64,000 nucleotides of DNA, from IMG/VR virus record IMGVR_UViG_3300023106_000001, positions 65,485-129,484 of that record, one strand, 5' to 3'. The stretch is from a virus. Positions 50,001 to 60,060 of the stretch are shown here, piece after piece (positions within the stretch are counted from its first letter, which is position 1; each line of letters starts with the position of its first letter). The position numbers and the translations under genes were made by a program. The notes under the pieces were generated by a model, which did not search any database, was not told the origin of the DNA, and worked only from the letters and a program-made list of their open reading frames with translations.

Positions 50001-53000
50001 TCTAACTACTTTACAACAGTTACAAAATAAAATTGCTGAAATAATTGGTTCAAATGATTATTTAACTCAATATTTTGGAACAGATCTTGCCGAACAAGGG
50101 AAAACAAAACCTTCAGAATCAGACATAAGAAATTATGAAAATCTACTTTCTAAAATTGACAGAAGAGTAGAGCCAAACACAGATAGAATTGTAAGCAGAC
50201 CATCAAATTTCTATAAAAATTTAGGATTAACTATTGCCGAAATAGACCAACTTAAAGTTTTACAAACAAGGTTAAATGATTGGCTAACACTAGAAGGAAC
50301 AGTTTCAAATGATGAGCAAAGTGTTGCAGAAATGCTAGATTTAATTGACAGTCTTCAAACACAAGCTGTTAGAGATACAACTAAAACTGAATTAATAGAT
50401 AAAGACTATAAATCTGTTGTTGATGCTATAGATGAACAAGCGAATTCTTTAGGTTCTTCTGTGAGAGGATTACAAACTCCTACAAATGCTTTAGCTACAA
50501 TTAAAAATCAAAATATAAGGTTTAGTCATATCAGAGTAGAAACTTTAGCAAGTTTTTTCCCTGGTTCCAATATGATTGTTAATTCAAACAATACCTTTGA
50601 AATTGATTTAAATAACGGACAAAGACTTACGGGAAGAATAAATGACAAAGGGGGACAAGATATTACATTAAAAGAATGGCTTGCTGTTGCACCTCAATCA
50701 AATGTACTTATTAAAAACTTCGGAACTAATTCTTCGGCCATTTCACAATTACTAGGATTAGATTCTCAAGGAAATGAAATCTATCAAAATGTCCCATCTG
50801 ATTTTGATTACAGACAAACTGACGGGACTAATTACTCTGTAGATGAAGAGGCTGTAAACGCAGTTAAAAATGGAGATACCTTAGATTTATTTGTAAGTTC
50901 AACAGATGCTTTCAATGATAGTTTGACAAGTAAAGAACTAGCTAAACAGATTCATATTTATGTAATGAAGAACGGAAAACTTTTGGGATCACTTCCTGCG
51001 CCTTATGATAAGGAAAGTACGGAAGGCATTGGTATACCTTTAAGTGAGTTAAGACAGTCTGCGGCCGAGTTTACAAAAGGTAAAAAAGGACTTATAAAGC
51101 TACCTCAAAAAATGACTGCTAAAATCACTTTTATAGGGGCACCACAAATTACTTTACAAAAATCAGGAGAAGAAACAGTTACTAAAAATAATCCTTTCAC
51201 AAAAGAAAGCTTACAAAATGTAGTAGGACAAGGATTTATTGAAAATGGTCAAGTAACTTCTACAATAAAAATAGATGTAAACCAATTTATAAACAAAATA
51301 AGTACTTCTAATAAAGACGCTAAAATACCTTTTATAGCTTTTAATTATAATGGTAAAGTGGTTGGATTTCCAGTGAGTTTAAATTCAGTTACAGTGGATA
51401 TATCTAAATCAGTTTTAGATATTTTCAACAGTACTGAAGCAACAACTGCAATAAAAGCAAAAACTTTGGTAGATGCTCTGATTCAAAATGGATTAGATCC
51501 ACAATCTTATGGAATTGATTTTACAGATAAAGAAAATTGGATTGATTCTCAGGAAACGTCTAATGCTTTATCAGATTTATCTAAAATAAAACAGTTTGTA
51601 GATGTTGAACAATTCGCCACAAAAAACTATAATAAAGAGAATTTAATAGATGACGCTACAATTGCAATAAGATTAGACAACAGTCCTTTTCAAACCAGTA
51701 AGATAATGCTTAGCATGTCTAATAAAATAGACTCCGATGTATTAGGGTATAAAGAGTTTTTACAAGCAAATGAAGCCAGAGAAATAGAGATAAGATCAGA
51801 ATTAAATACAGTTGCAAAAGAACTTTATAGTGCTTACATAAATAATTCTGAATTAGATAATAATTTTACTCAGACTTTTGACGAAAATCCTATTTTACCA
51901 GGAGATAGTGATATTATAATGCGTCAAAATATTAACACTTTAAAAACAGCAATAAAAGGCGCATCACAAAAAACCAAAAAAGAAATTGGAGTAGACTTAT
52001 TTAAAAAAGCAAATGAATTATTAAATGAATTAAATTACAGCACAAACAAGTCAAAAGACATTAAAGAACAAATTAAAAACAGTGAATATTATCAAGATGC
52101 CGATCCTAACTTCATAACTGTTGATGAACAAGGTAATCTGGAAAACCCTTTTATCAATGAAACAGAAGCAATTCAGGAATTAGGCGGGATAAAAACTGAG
52201 GAGGAATTTAATGAAGCTTTAGATGCAAGTGATTTAGATTATTTAAAAACAGATACTGCGTTATTTGAAGAAATGTCTGAATTTAACAATATTGCGGTAA
52301 AAGAAGAAACAGAAGAGGGACTTCAAGATAAAATAAATACAGGTGTTCAAGATACTTTAGAAGCAACACTAAGAGAACCTACAAATAACGGTTTACAGAC
52401 AAGTTTATCTAATATTGAAGGCTATACGCCAGAAGTTTGGAATTCGTCACCAGAAGCTATAAAAACACTATTGAAAGACATTGAAAAACAAGCTATTGAT
52501 GTAAATGTTGATTTAACAGGATTGGCCGACTCATATGAAACAAAAACACAAGAAGAAGTTTTGGATGTTACCAGAGCTTTAGATTTCATGTTGAATAACC
52601 CAACGCCTGATAGTTTAAATCATTTTGTAAATACTTATCAGGATTTTACCAATGTAGTGGATACAATAGAAAGAGAAGTAGTTAAAGTAGAACCTAAATA
52701 TAGAGATTTACCTCTTATTTCTTTAGACACAACATCATCCGAACACAAAGCATTTAAAGATAATGGACTTTTAAAAATACAAGATAATGTTTACATAAAA
52801 ACTGATGGGAATACAAAAACTTTAGAAGAAGTTGAAGATTTAATGTCAAATAATTTAGATGTTTTTCCAGAAAATACTGTTCAGGGTGATGTAAACAATA
52901 AGAATATTGTACTAGAAGACTTAAATTCATATGTTGAAAGCCAAATGGTCGATGTTTTAACGAATGATTCTGAATTTGATGCAGATACAGTTAAAAAACT

Positions 53001-53676
53001 CATCTACTATAAAACATATTTCGGCATAGAAAATAAAGAAGTGCTAACAATTTCACAAGAAAAAATAGCAGATACTTCGGCTTTAAATATATCGAATGCA
53101 GAATACTTAACAACAGATTATATCGCGGAAGTAAGAAACCAACAACTGAGAGAAATTCATCCCGTTTTACAAAATTTAGTTTTTAATCAGAAAGGCATCA
53201 CATTAAGATACACTGATGAGATTAGTGTTGCAGAAATGAATGATTACTTGAAAGATAATGAAGATCTAAGAAATTACTTCTTATTATCTAAAAACACTAA
53301 TTTTAATGTAGATTTAGAAGCAAGTGAAGATGAAATTACCACGCAAAATATGAGAGATTATTACGCCAATGGAGGAGCATTAGAAGCATATAAGAACGGA
53401 TATACAAAAATAAACAACGAAACTATTCAAACAAAAACTACAGAGGATTTTATAAGTATAAATGGAGATGTATATGAGCGTACAGCAGATGAATTATTCT
53501 CTAAATTACCAAAAACAGATCCTAATTTTTATGAATTAAATATGGAAGCACCTGTTATTAATGTAGATCCAAGTCAATATCCTTCAATAAATTCAGTGTC
53601 AGAAATAGAAACAAAAAACATTTTAACTAAAGCAGAGCAAAATAATTTTGATGAAAATATAGATTGTTCTAAATAA
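47044..53676 (+). CDS. giant ejection/cargo protein (2210 aa) with Gly/Ala-rich hydrophobic segments
   Basis: N-terminal membrane-like stretches (VFGGLSFTAGLLISEGIWTAATGGVGLLA; GLVGAIVGVLGAGV) and long coiled coils; no DxDxD polymerase motif found. Confidence 0.65.
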   Translation: MAEPTTAGYNPIDTQLLADATVAPVITTPTTFIAQDVRKKEVQPDLSSNPFAQAPSLFGSQFKEEPRALKGYANESYNEAYTPLSNGEYIGRYENFIPGTNNQERLAQQQTTSEKWTNGFGKLLGKTGVAVLGGTLGVVDSLVEGISKGSLSEAYNTDFNNYLDDLNVKLDYKLPNYYTEQENNASLFGQVATTNFWADKVFGGLSFTAGLLISEGIWTAATGGVGLLAQESQLAKLAKWTIKGAGGEAKTLEALNAAKILSKGSSTALLEAETTALGRKVSDQILGKIGEINKTTSINAYKIRKISDVALVATRSAGYEAGMEARQYMNSTEHDWLENYQKVNGVDPTPEEYSAFKDQLTTTGNYVFGANMIIVGTSNLAQFGNALIGKTVNPNVGNSFLKRSLLGIGFDKTITEEGKILYKALEATKGQRIAGKVWGVLGAAIPEAQEEMGQRVVSQTAEKYMLNAFDPEKTKTTYGVADAFTEALQDTYGTKEGLSEGLVGAIVGVLGAGVHSRFKFGDVTAEREETQRTVDYANAFTADNHINNVIANNKIQASQESKQQAIQRGDLTGELLADAESAIAHIERNQAISSVQEGFFDFQRQINAVKNDELAKELGLGTGQEAEEQAQVFKEEKIAEYKEISDKHQKNLNYSQALLGETEIAGLDKTSTREVVRAMAYSMTMGETAMRINQNLISHVKSLVTDSVNVENITEALDVQQVLDLAPKEKTLKISQLDLHLQSLDRREKEVLNRQFEASKLTDTEDNKARANALIDINKEITAIQEERTQAQTEKQLALDAIGIKNYTDASITVDMFTTQNENLDKLRATLADIKLSDPEKFFEIQKALQAQSKAVDHIKNYQKTTQAIVNPNTRVKVINGWVSKLLNKNTKLNESTASYFTDILEKWKTDTVVVFQENQNLIERRAFENGEPVSEAYKQQLGEEVRKGIQLPSADQAIYDAYQKEIEDNAVATIPNNVEVTPVTNLTTLQQLQNKIAEIIGSNDYLTQYFGTDLAEQGKTKPSESDIRNYENLLSKIDRRVEPNTDRIVSRPSNFYKNLGLTIAEIDQLKVLQTRLNDWLTLEGTVSNDEQSVAEMLDLIDSLQTQAVRDTTKTELIDKDYKSVVDAIDEQANSLGSSVRGLQTPTNALATIKNQNIRFSHIRVETLASFFPGSNMIVNSNNTFEIDLNNGQRLTGRINDKGGQDITLKEWLAVAPQSNVLIKNFGTNSSAISQLLGLDSQGNEIYQNVPSDFDYRQTDGTNYSVDEEAVNAVKNGDTLDLFVSSTDAFNDSLTSKELAKQIHIYVMKNGKLLGSLPAPYDKESTEGIGIPLSELRQSAAEFTKGKKGLIKLPQKMTAKITFIGAPQITLQKSGEETVTKNNPFTKESLQNVVGQGFIENGQVTSTIKIDVNQFINKISTSNKDAKIPFIAFNYNGKVVGFPVSLNSVTVDISKSVLDIFNSTEATTAIKAKTLVDALIQNGLDPQSYGIDFTDKENWIDSQETSNALSDLSKIKQFVDVEQFATKNYNKENLIDDATIAIRLDNSPFQTSKIMLSMSNKIDSDVLGYKEFLQANEAREIEIRSELNTVAKELYSAYINNSELDNNFTQTFDENPILPGDSDIIMRQNINTLKTAIKGASQKTKKEIGVDLFKKANELLNELNYSTNKSKDIKEQIKNSEYYQDADPNFITVDEQGNLENPFINETEAIQELGGIKTEEEFNEALDASDLDYLKTDTALFEEMSEFNNIAVKEETEEGLQDKINTGVQDTLEATLREPTNNGLQTSLSNIEGYTPEVWNSSPEAIKTLLKDIEKQAIDVNVDLTGLADSYETKTQEEVLDVTRALDFMLNNPTPDSLNHFVNTYQDFTNVVDTIEREVVKVEPKYRDLPLISLDTTSSEHKAFKDNGLLKIQDNVYIKTDGNTKTLEEVEDLMSNNLDVFPENTVQGDVNNKNIVLEDLNSYVESQMVDVLTNDSEFDADTVKKLIYYKTYFGIENKEVLTISQEKIADTSALNISNAEYLTTDYIAEVRNQQLREIHPVLQNLVFNQKGITLRYTDEISVAEMNDYLKDNEDLRNYFLLSKNTNFNVDLEASEDEITTQNMRDYYANGGALEAYKNGYTKINNETIQTKTTEDFISINGDVYERTADELFSKLPKTDPNFYELNMEAPVINVDPSQYPSINSVSEIETKNILTKAEQNNFDENIDCSK

Positions 53677-53682
53677 AAAGTG

Positions 53683-53690
53683 TATATTTG
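53683..53690 (+). promoter_or_regulatory. -7 element TATATTTG
   Basis: Located in the 40-nt gap before ATG 53717; no -33 box at consensus spacing. Confidence 0.45.
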
Positions 53691-53716
53691 CACAAATAAA
53701 AAACTAAAAATAAATT

Positions 53717-56700
53717 ATGGCTTGTAAAGTTGATAGAAATTCGGAAGGAATAATAACAAAAGTATTAGATCAAAATGGAAATGAAAGTAGACTTTTTATA
53801 AGTGTTGCTTCAAATCCATTTGTAGAAAACACTGAAAAAGCATTAGAACTATACAAAAACATTTATTCGCCGAAAATAGATAAAACAGCAAAAGAAGTTA
53901 CACCCAGAGTTTCTTCTATTTATAATCAAAACCAAGATTTATCTAATATAGGTACGGCTGAACAATATCAAGAATATCTATCTCAGATATTTCCTCAAAG
54001 TCAATTAAAAGATGTAGTTTATCACGGCACAAAAAGAGATTTTGAAGACTTTGATGCCACTCAAATAGGTACAGAAAGTGACAGAAATAAAACTATAGGG
54101 GATTTTGGCCAAGGATTTTATTTTACAGATAATTTTTTTAAAGCTGAAGGGTATTCAATTAATATGGATACAGGTAGAAAAGGAGCTGTTAAAAATGTAA
54201 TTCTAAATATAACCAACCCTTTATATAGAAATTCTAAAACTATCATAGCTCCTAAAACCAGCGAAGAATTAGAAAATGAGGGGTATGATGGCGTAATTGT
54301 ATCTTACACTACCAATAACAATATGGATGAAATTGTTGTTCCTAATAGTAATCAAATTCATGTTTTAGGTTCGGCAAAAGATTTACAACAGTTTCAAGAT
54401 TTTGTAAGTAACCCTTCAATAAATGAAAGTGGTATCCAATTCGTTCATGAAGTAAATGGAAAACAATTCAGTTCTTTAAAATCCGCATTAAAAGAAGCAG
54501 TAGACGGCCAAAAAATAGAATTAGGATTCACTTCAAATAATGAATTCACTTCTGTAATGTCTGTAACCAAAAACGTAGATAAATCTTCGGTTAATGGGTT
54601 TACACAGGCTTCTATTTTGGAAGGAACAATGGCTGAAACCAGAGTGAAGATAGGTAATGAGTATTTGCTTCAGAGTGAGGGTCAAAGCGAAATGAAGAAA
54701 AATGTTTCTTTAGATTTATTGGCAAATTCGGCAATGACAAATTTAGGTTCTTTAGGAATTGAAGTTTCTGGAACAACTGTAAGACTTAATGAGAATTTAG
54801 GTAAAACAGCAGTTTATACTAAAAGTGGAGAAAGACAAATAATTGATGCGCAAGAATTAGACGAACTGTCAATTGATGAACTTAAAGCTCGTTATGAGAA
54901 TTATGAAGAGATTTTCGCGGAAAGAGAATATAAAAGAAATGTACCTTTATATAGAGAAACTTCAGAGGAAGAGCAACCAGAAACTGTAAAAACAGAAGAT
55001 GAAGTTAAACTATCTTTATATAAGCTTCTTAAAAATATGGGTGTAACTGTAACTTCAATTACAAATTACACTGAGAAATTCCAAATTAGAAACTCTGTGC
55101 CTATCCAGGCTGAGGCTTTAGCAGATATCGCACAAAGAGTTATTGCTTTTCAAACAGGAGCGGAAACACTAGAAAACTTAACTGAAGAAACAATTCACTT
55201 TATAGTAGAAGCACTTCCGCAAGAAAGACTTGAAAACATACTTAGAAACATAGATAAATCTGAAGAATATAAAGAATTTGCGCAAACATATAGAGAAGTT
55301 TACAGCAGAGAATACAATGCAGAAGAAACTGAAATGGCTGTTCGTAAAGAAGTCTTAGGAAAAATAGCTTTAAATGCTGTTCAACAATCAGCGCCTGTTT
55401 CTGAAACAACTCAAAATTTCTTCAATAGCGCAATTCAATTTATACAACAGTTTTTTCAAGATATTGCTTCTTATTTCAAGCCACAATATATTTCCGATTT
55501 AAATGGAATTATTACAGATATTCAAGATATTTTAAATACAGGGGATATTAGTGGATTACAATTAGATAACTTAGATAATAATCGAAAAAGATTTTATTCT
55601 TTAGATACATCTACAAACGCTAAGAGAATCGCGGAAGAAACTAAAAAACAAATTGATATTTTAAGTAGGGAAAATGATGATTTATCTAGAAATCAACAAG
55701 GATCTCAATTCAATAAAAATAGACTTTTAGCTGTACAAAAAGAACTTGATGATAAATTAGAAGTACATGCTGTGGCTACGGTGGCCAGAATTGCAGATAA
55801 TAATGTTAATAGACTTTTCGCCGCGATAAAAGATTCACAAGACAAAGGAAAAAATTACGACTTATCACAAGAAGAAGTAATGATCTTTAAAAATCTTATA
55901 GGGGAAACAACACAAACTCTTGGAGTTATCAAAAAACTGATTGAAGATGACACCACTTTAAATAAATTAACTGTTTGGCAAACACTATCTAAAAGCATTG
56001 GAGACTCAATTCAAAATATATCTAACTTAAAAGCACAAAGAGATGTAACTCAACAACAAAGTATTGAGAAGCAAATTAATGCCGTTACGATTGACAGGGG
56101 CTTAAGTGCTAGAGAAAAAGAGGCTATGCTTAGATGGAGTATTTCAGCAGAGAACGACATTAGCTGGATAGGCTCCACTTTTGGGACTCTCAACAACTCA
56201 CCCGATGCCTTAATGTCATTATTTGCAACTGTTAAGACAGGAATGATTTCTGAAGGATCACGCGCAGACCATAATCAGATTAAAAACTGGCAAAAAGTTA
56301 TTTATGATAATGGATTCGACGAAAAAATTATTTCTACATTTGTTAAAGATGGGTATTTCTTGTCAGAAAGAGATATTGCAGGTTATCAAAAACAGTTAGA
56401 TGAAAACTTCTTGCAAGAATATAAAAAAGTATTTACCGATACTAAACTTAAAGATGAAGAAATTCTAAATAAAAGAAGTAAAGGTACATTAGAATGGTCA
56501 GATGAGCAAAAAGACAGTATTTATGAAGCTACAAGAAAGCTAAATGAAAATGAGTCTGAGCGCCGAATGAAAGATGAGTATTATGCTGAATTAGAACAAA
56601 AATTTGTCAATTTAAATATTTCTAAAAATACTCAAAACATTCTTCAAGGCCTAAACGCCGACAAAAGAAGAATAACAGAAAGAGCAAGAGATTCTAACGG

Positions 56701-59700
56701 TAAGATAGATTTAACTTTACTTAGCGGTCAAGGTATACAACAGTTAAACACTTTAAATTTAGAAAGGAAACAACTTAAAAGCTTTATAGATGAGCTTGGA
56801 AATCTAAAAGAAGGTTTAAAATACAGCCAAAACGAAGAAGGAAAAACAATCATTGAATCTATTGGTGACATTGATAAATTACCAGCACCTTCAAGACAAG
56901 CTTTAGACTTAAACAAATTAGATAATTCTTACGATAACACAACACCTGAAGGAAGTTCTCAATTACCACAATCTTTCATAGATTTAATTCTAAGTAAAGA
57001 CGACAGGCAAACTCAAATCCAAGCATTACAATTAAACTCTCAAATAGGCTTTTCAAGCGATTTCTGGGATAGTTTTGGCAATAATAAAGGATTAGTAGAT
57101 AAGCTTGAAGACATAGGTGGAAATGAAGACTTAATAGAAGATATTAAAGCAAATAGTTTCCGACTTAAAAATATTATTAAAGTTTACACTAAATCTTCAA
57201 ATCCTTCAGAAACTGATGTTGAGAACATGCCTGAATTGGCCAGACAAACAGTGAGGGATATTCAAGAGAATTTAGAAGAACTTTACGCCGAAGCAAGAGA
57301 ATTAACAGCAGATATTACTTCTGAAGATATTGAGAATTTAGTAGAGGGAGTTTCGGGAATAAATGAGTCCTGGAATAAAAGACTCTTAGACTTAGGACTT
57401 GATATAATAGATACAGCGGGAGTTGAACTTGAGATTTTAACTAATAAAATCGCGGAAGAAGCAAAAGCAAACATGACTGCAAAAAACCGAAAAACAACTC
57501 AACAAATGCAAGATAGCATAGAGAGTTACATAAACGGTTTTAGAGAAACTCTTCCTAAATCTGTAATGAGAAAATTAGAAGAACAAAATCTGTCTAAAGA
57601 AGATTTACTTGAACCAACAACTAAAAATCAGTTTGTAAGAAGTTTTGCAGAAAGCAGATTACTACCTTATTATAGAAGATACACACCACAAGGATATGTA
57701 GAATTTCAAAATGATTTAAACAGTGATAAACCTGTAAACGAAATCCTAAATAATTTAGAGCAGGGACAATATCAATACGTAGAAGTAAAACCAAATTACA
57801 GTTTTCAAGACGAAGATACTTCTCAAATGAATCCAAACTATATTGTTAATTCGGGAATGGGGAGCCAACAACCTAAATTAAGTAAATATAAAAATACAGA
57901 ATTTGATAGTTTATTTGGTACTGTTACAAGAGATAATGAAGGTAATTATATTTCGGCCACAAAAAATGAAAAACTATTTGAAGTTTACAAAGCTACAATA
58001 AAGCTAAGAAAGGATCAAATTGCACTCATGGATGGAGATTCGAGTTATAATATTTATTTAACTCCGCAAATCAGAAAACAAGGAATTGAACGTTATTTAG
58101 GAGGATTAAAAAGTTTGTCAGGGCAGTCTATAAAAGATGCTTTTGAGAACATAACCACATATACTGAGGATGACCAGATACAGGGGGATAATAGATTAGG
58201 AACCGCAAACAAAAGTATTCCAAAACCTTTTTATGCGAGATTAGAAAATCAAACAGATATCACAGAGGATATTTTCCACGGACTTGCTATGACAAATAAA
58301 GCTGCAAATATCTATGCTTCCAGAGTAAAATACTTTGGAGATGCTATGGCCATCATAGACAAAGCTTCTACAAGAACTAATGCTGATGGGAAAATAGGGA
58401 CAGCTACTAATAGGTATAAAGCATTAGAATCAGCGCTAGATAACGATTTCTTCGGTATAAAACAAGCCGCTACAGCTACAATTGATGTGCCTTTTGTCGG
58501 CAAAATAGATGGTGCGAAGGTCGTGGAAGGACTAGGTAGCTTCCTTAGGTTCAAAGGTTTAGGATCAAGTGTTGTCATACCAGCAACTGCTTTTCTTTCT
58601 GCAAAGAGTAAACAGACAGTCGAAAGAATTGTAGGGCAATATATAAATAATGACTCATTTAAAAGAGGAAGTGCTTTATACCATGATCAGGTTGGCAAGG
58701 CAATGACAGAGATAAACTCCGTCCAAACAAAATCTAAGTTAAACTCTGTTGGTCAATTTTGGGGGGCATTTGAAATGGAAAATAGTTTGTATGGTTCTAA
58801 ATTTAGCGCTTTCCCTAGATTTTTGTCAAAAAGTTCAATGATACTTTACCAAGCTGTAAATTACCCTCTGTATGGTAAAGGAATGCTTACAGTTTTAAAT
58901 GATTTCCGAATTGTAGAGGGACAATTAGTAAAATTCACAGATTTTCAACGTAATCAAAGAACTGCTAATTTAAAAATAACTAATGCCGAAATAAAAGAAA
59001 AATGGTCTAATGAAAATACTGTTATTTATGATTTCCAAGATGTTTCAGATAATGGAGAAGTGAGTTTTAACCGAGAAAAGCTTAAATCTATATTAAGGGA
59101 TTCAAATGGTAATGAATATTCAGATGCAGATCTAGAGGAAGAAATCTCTCGTTTTAGTAATGATATAAGGATTCAAATTAAGAATTTAAATGTAAGAATA
59201 GATTTGCAGTTATCTCATGAAGACAAAGTGGCCGCAAATCGAAACTTTTTACTTAATTTTATAATGATGTTCAAAGGATTTATGGTGGTTCTTGCGGAAG
59301 AAAGATTTAAACCTCAAGGATTTAACACTCAGTCGAGACAATTAGAAAGCGGCTCTTATTCTGGGATATACAGAATGATGAATGATATTGTAAGAGAATG
59401 GAAACAAAATGGAGTGCCGTTTATTCAAGCTTTTAAAAATCAATATAATGGAAATTTCACAGAACAAGAATCAAGAATAAATGAATTAGAACAAATATCT
59501 AATAGAACAGCTGCTGAAAATAAAGAACTTCAGGATTTAAAAGAAGAGGTTGTTCAAGGCATAGAGTTATCGGAACTAAGAAAGTCTAATTTGAAGAGGC
59601 TTTCAGTAGATTTGTTATTTGTTAATACAGTGATGCTAATTTCAATGCTACTTAGAGGACTTGCTGACGATGATCCAAAAAGAGAGAATTGGGCTTTACA

Positions 59701-60025
59701 AATGGCCAACTTACTTACGTATAGACTTGTAGGAGAGCTACATTCTTCAAATACGGGAATAGCTAATCAGTATTGGGGCGTGGTCTCCACTCCATTGCAA
59801 TCTTTTGATCAAATATTATCCTTAAATAAACTACTTGAAGAGAATGCTTGGAAGGAAGGTAAAGTTCTAAGTAGCATAGGTAAAATTGCACCATTTTCTA
59901 ATAGTTTAAATCAATTAATTGACCCAGGAACGGCCTATGAAAATAAAAAATATTATAGTGAAGTAAAAGGAAATGATTTTTTCTCAGTTCCCATGTGGCA
60001 GTTTTTAAATAAAGATGGTAATTAA
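53717..60025 (+). CDS. giant polyvalent ejection protein (2102 aa) with an ADP-ribosyltransferase-like domain and a degenerate zincin-like domain
   Basis: VYHGT...GQGFYFTD...LNITNP...GYDGVI...DEIVV (H-Y-E ART fold, ART-PolyVal-like); LTEETIHF (HExxH-like) around 55184-55198; long helical C-terminus. Confidence 0.7.
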   Translation: MACKVDRNSEGIITKVLDQNGNESRLFISVASNPFVENTEKALELYKNIYSPKIDKTAKEVTPRVSSIYNQNQDLSNIGTAEQYQEYLSQIFPQSQLKDVVYHGTKRDFEDFDATQIGTESDRNKTIGDFGQGFYFTDNFFKAEGYSINMDTGRKGAVKNVILNITNPLYRNSKTIIAPKTSEELENEGYDGVIVSYTTNNNMDEIVVPNSNQIHVLGSAKDLQQFQDFVSNPSINESGIQFVHEVNGKQFSSLKSALKEAVDGQKIELGFTSNNEFTSVMSVTKNVDKSSVNGFTQASILEGTMAETRVKIGNEYLLQSEGQSEMKKNVSLDLLANSAMTNLGSLGIEVSGTTVRLNENLGKTAVYTKSGERQIIDAQELDELSIDELKARYENYEEIFAEREYKRNVPLYRETSEEEQPETVKTEDEVKLSLYKLLKNMGVTVTSITNYTEKFQIRNSVPIQAEALADIAQRVIAFQTGAETLENLTEETIHFIVEALPQERLENILRNIDKSEEYKEFAQTYREVYSREYNAEETEMAVRKEVLGKIALNAVQQSAPVSETTQNFFNSAIQFIQQFFQDIASYFKPQYISDLNGIITDIQDILNTGDISGLQLDNLDNNRKRFYSLDTSTNAKRIAEETKKQIDILSRENDDLSRNQQGSQFNKNRLLAVQKELDDKLEVHAVATVARIADNNVNRLFAAIKDSQDKGKNYDLSQEEVMIFKNLIGETTQTLGVIKKLIEDDTTLNKLTVWQTLSKSIGDSIQNISNLKAQRDVTQQQSIEKQINAVTIDRGLSAREKEAMLRWSISAENDISWIGSTFGTLNNSPDALMSLFATVKTGMISEGSRADHNQIKNWQKVIYDNGFDEKIISTFVKDGYFLSERDIAGYQKQLDENFLQEYKKVFTDTKLKDEEILNKRSKGTLEWSDEQKDSIYEATRKLNENESERRMKDEYYAELEQKFVNLNISKNTQNILQGLNADKRRITERARDSNGKIDLTLLSGQGIQQLNTLNLERKQLKSFIDELGNLKEGLKYSQNEEGKTIIESIGDIDKLPAPSRQALDLNKLDNSYDNTTPEGSSQLPQSFIDLILSKDDRQTQIQALQLNSQIGFSSDFWDSFGNNKGLVDKLEDIGGNEDLIEDIKANSFRLKNIIKVYTKSSNPSETDVENMPELARQTVRDIQENLEELYAEARELTADITSEDIENLVEGVSGINESWNKRLLDLGLDIIDTAGVELEILTNKIAEEAKANMTAKNRKTTQQMQDSIESYINGFRETLPKSVMRKLEEQNLSKEDLLEPTTKNQFVRSFAESRLLPYYRRYTPQGYVEFQNDLNSDKPVNEILNNLEQGQYQYVEVKPNYSFQDEDTSQMNPNYIVNSGMGSQQPKLSKYKNTEFDSLFGTVTRDNEGNYISATKNEKLFEVYKATIKLRKDQIALMDGDSSYNIYLTPQIRKQGIERYLGGLKSLSGQSIKDAFENITTYTEDDQIQGDNRLGTANKSIPKPFYARLENQTDITEDIFHGLAMTNKAANIYASRVKYFGDAMAIIDKASTRTNADGKIGTATNRYKALESALDNDFFGIKQAATATIDVPFVGKIDGAKVVEGLGSFLRFKGLGSSVVIPATAFLSAKSKQTVERIVGQYINNDSFKRGSALYHDQVGKAMTEINSVQTKSKLNSVGQFWGAFEMENSLYGSKFSAFPRFLSKSSMILYQAVNYPLYGKGMLTVLNDFRIVEGQLVKFTDFQRNQRTANLKITNAEIKEKWSNENTVIYDFQDVSDNGEVSFNREKLKSILRDSNGNEYSDADLEEEISRFSNDIRIQIKNLNVRIDLQLSHEDKVAANRNFLLNFIMMFKGFMVVLAEERFKPQGFNTQSRQLESGSYSGIYRMMNDIVREWKQNGVPFIQAFKNQYNGNFTEQESRINELEQISNRTAAENKELQDLKEEVVQGIELSELRKSNLKRLSVDLLFVNTVMLISMLLRGLADDDPKRENWALQMANLLTYRLVGELHSSNTGIANQYWGVVSTPLQSFDQILSLNKLLEENAWKEGKVLSSIGKIAPFSNSLNQLIDPGTAYENKKYYSEVKGNDFFSVPMWQFLNKDGN

Positions 60026-60057
60026 TTTGGTAGATTGAAAAATAAATTGTAAGTTTG
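60026..60057 (+). promoter_or_regulatory. Bacteroidota-type promoter
   Basis: TTTG 60026-60029, 20-nt spacer, TAAGTTTG 60050-60057. Confidence 0.75.
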
Positions 60058-60060
60058 CAT

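Noticed and set aside
50800-50830. SDFDY in ORF 47044 as an RNA polymerase catalytic motif
   Set aside because: It has only two Asp residues (D-F-D-Y), lacks the third Asp, and has no surrounding double-psi barrel motifs.
416-58578. The many other 60-135 aa minus-strand and alternate-frame ORFs in the track
   Set aside because: They lie fully inside long plus-strand genes, have hydrophobic shadow-ORF composition and lack promoters.
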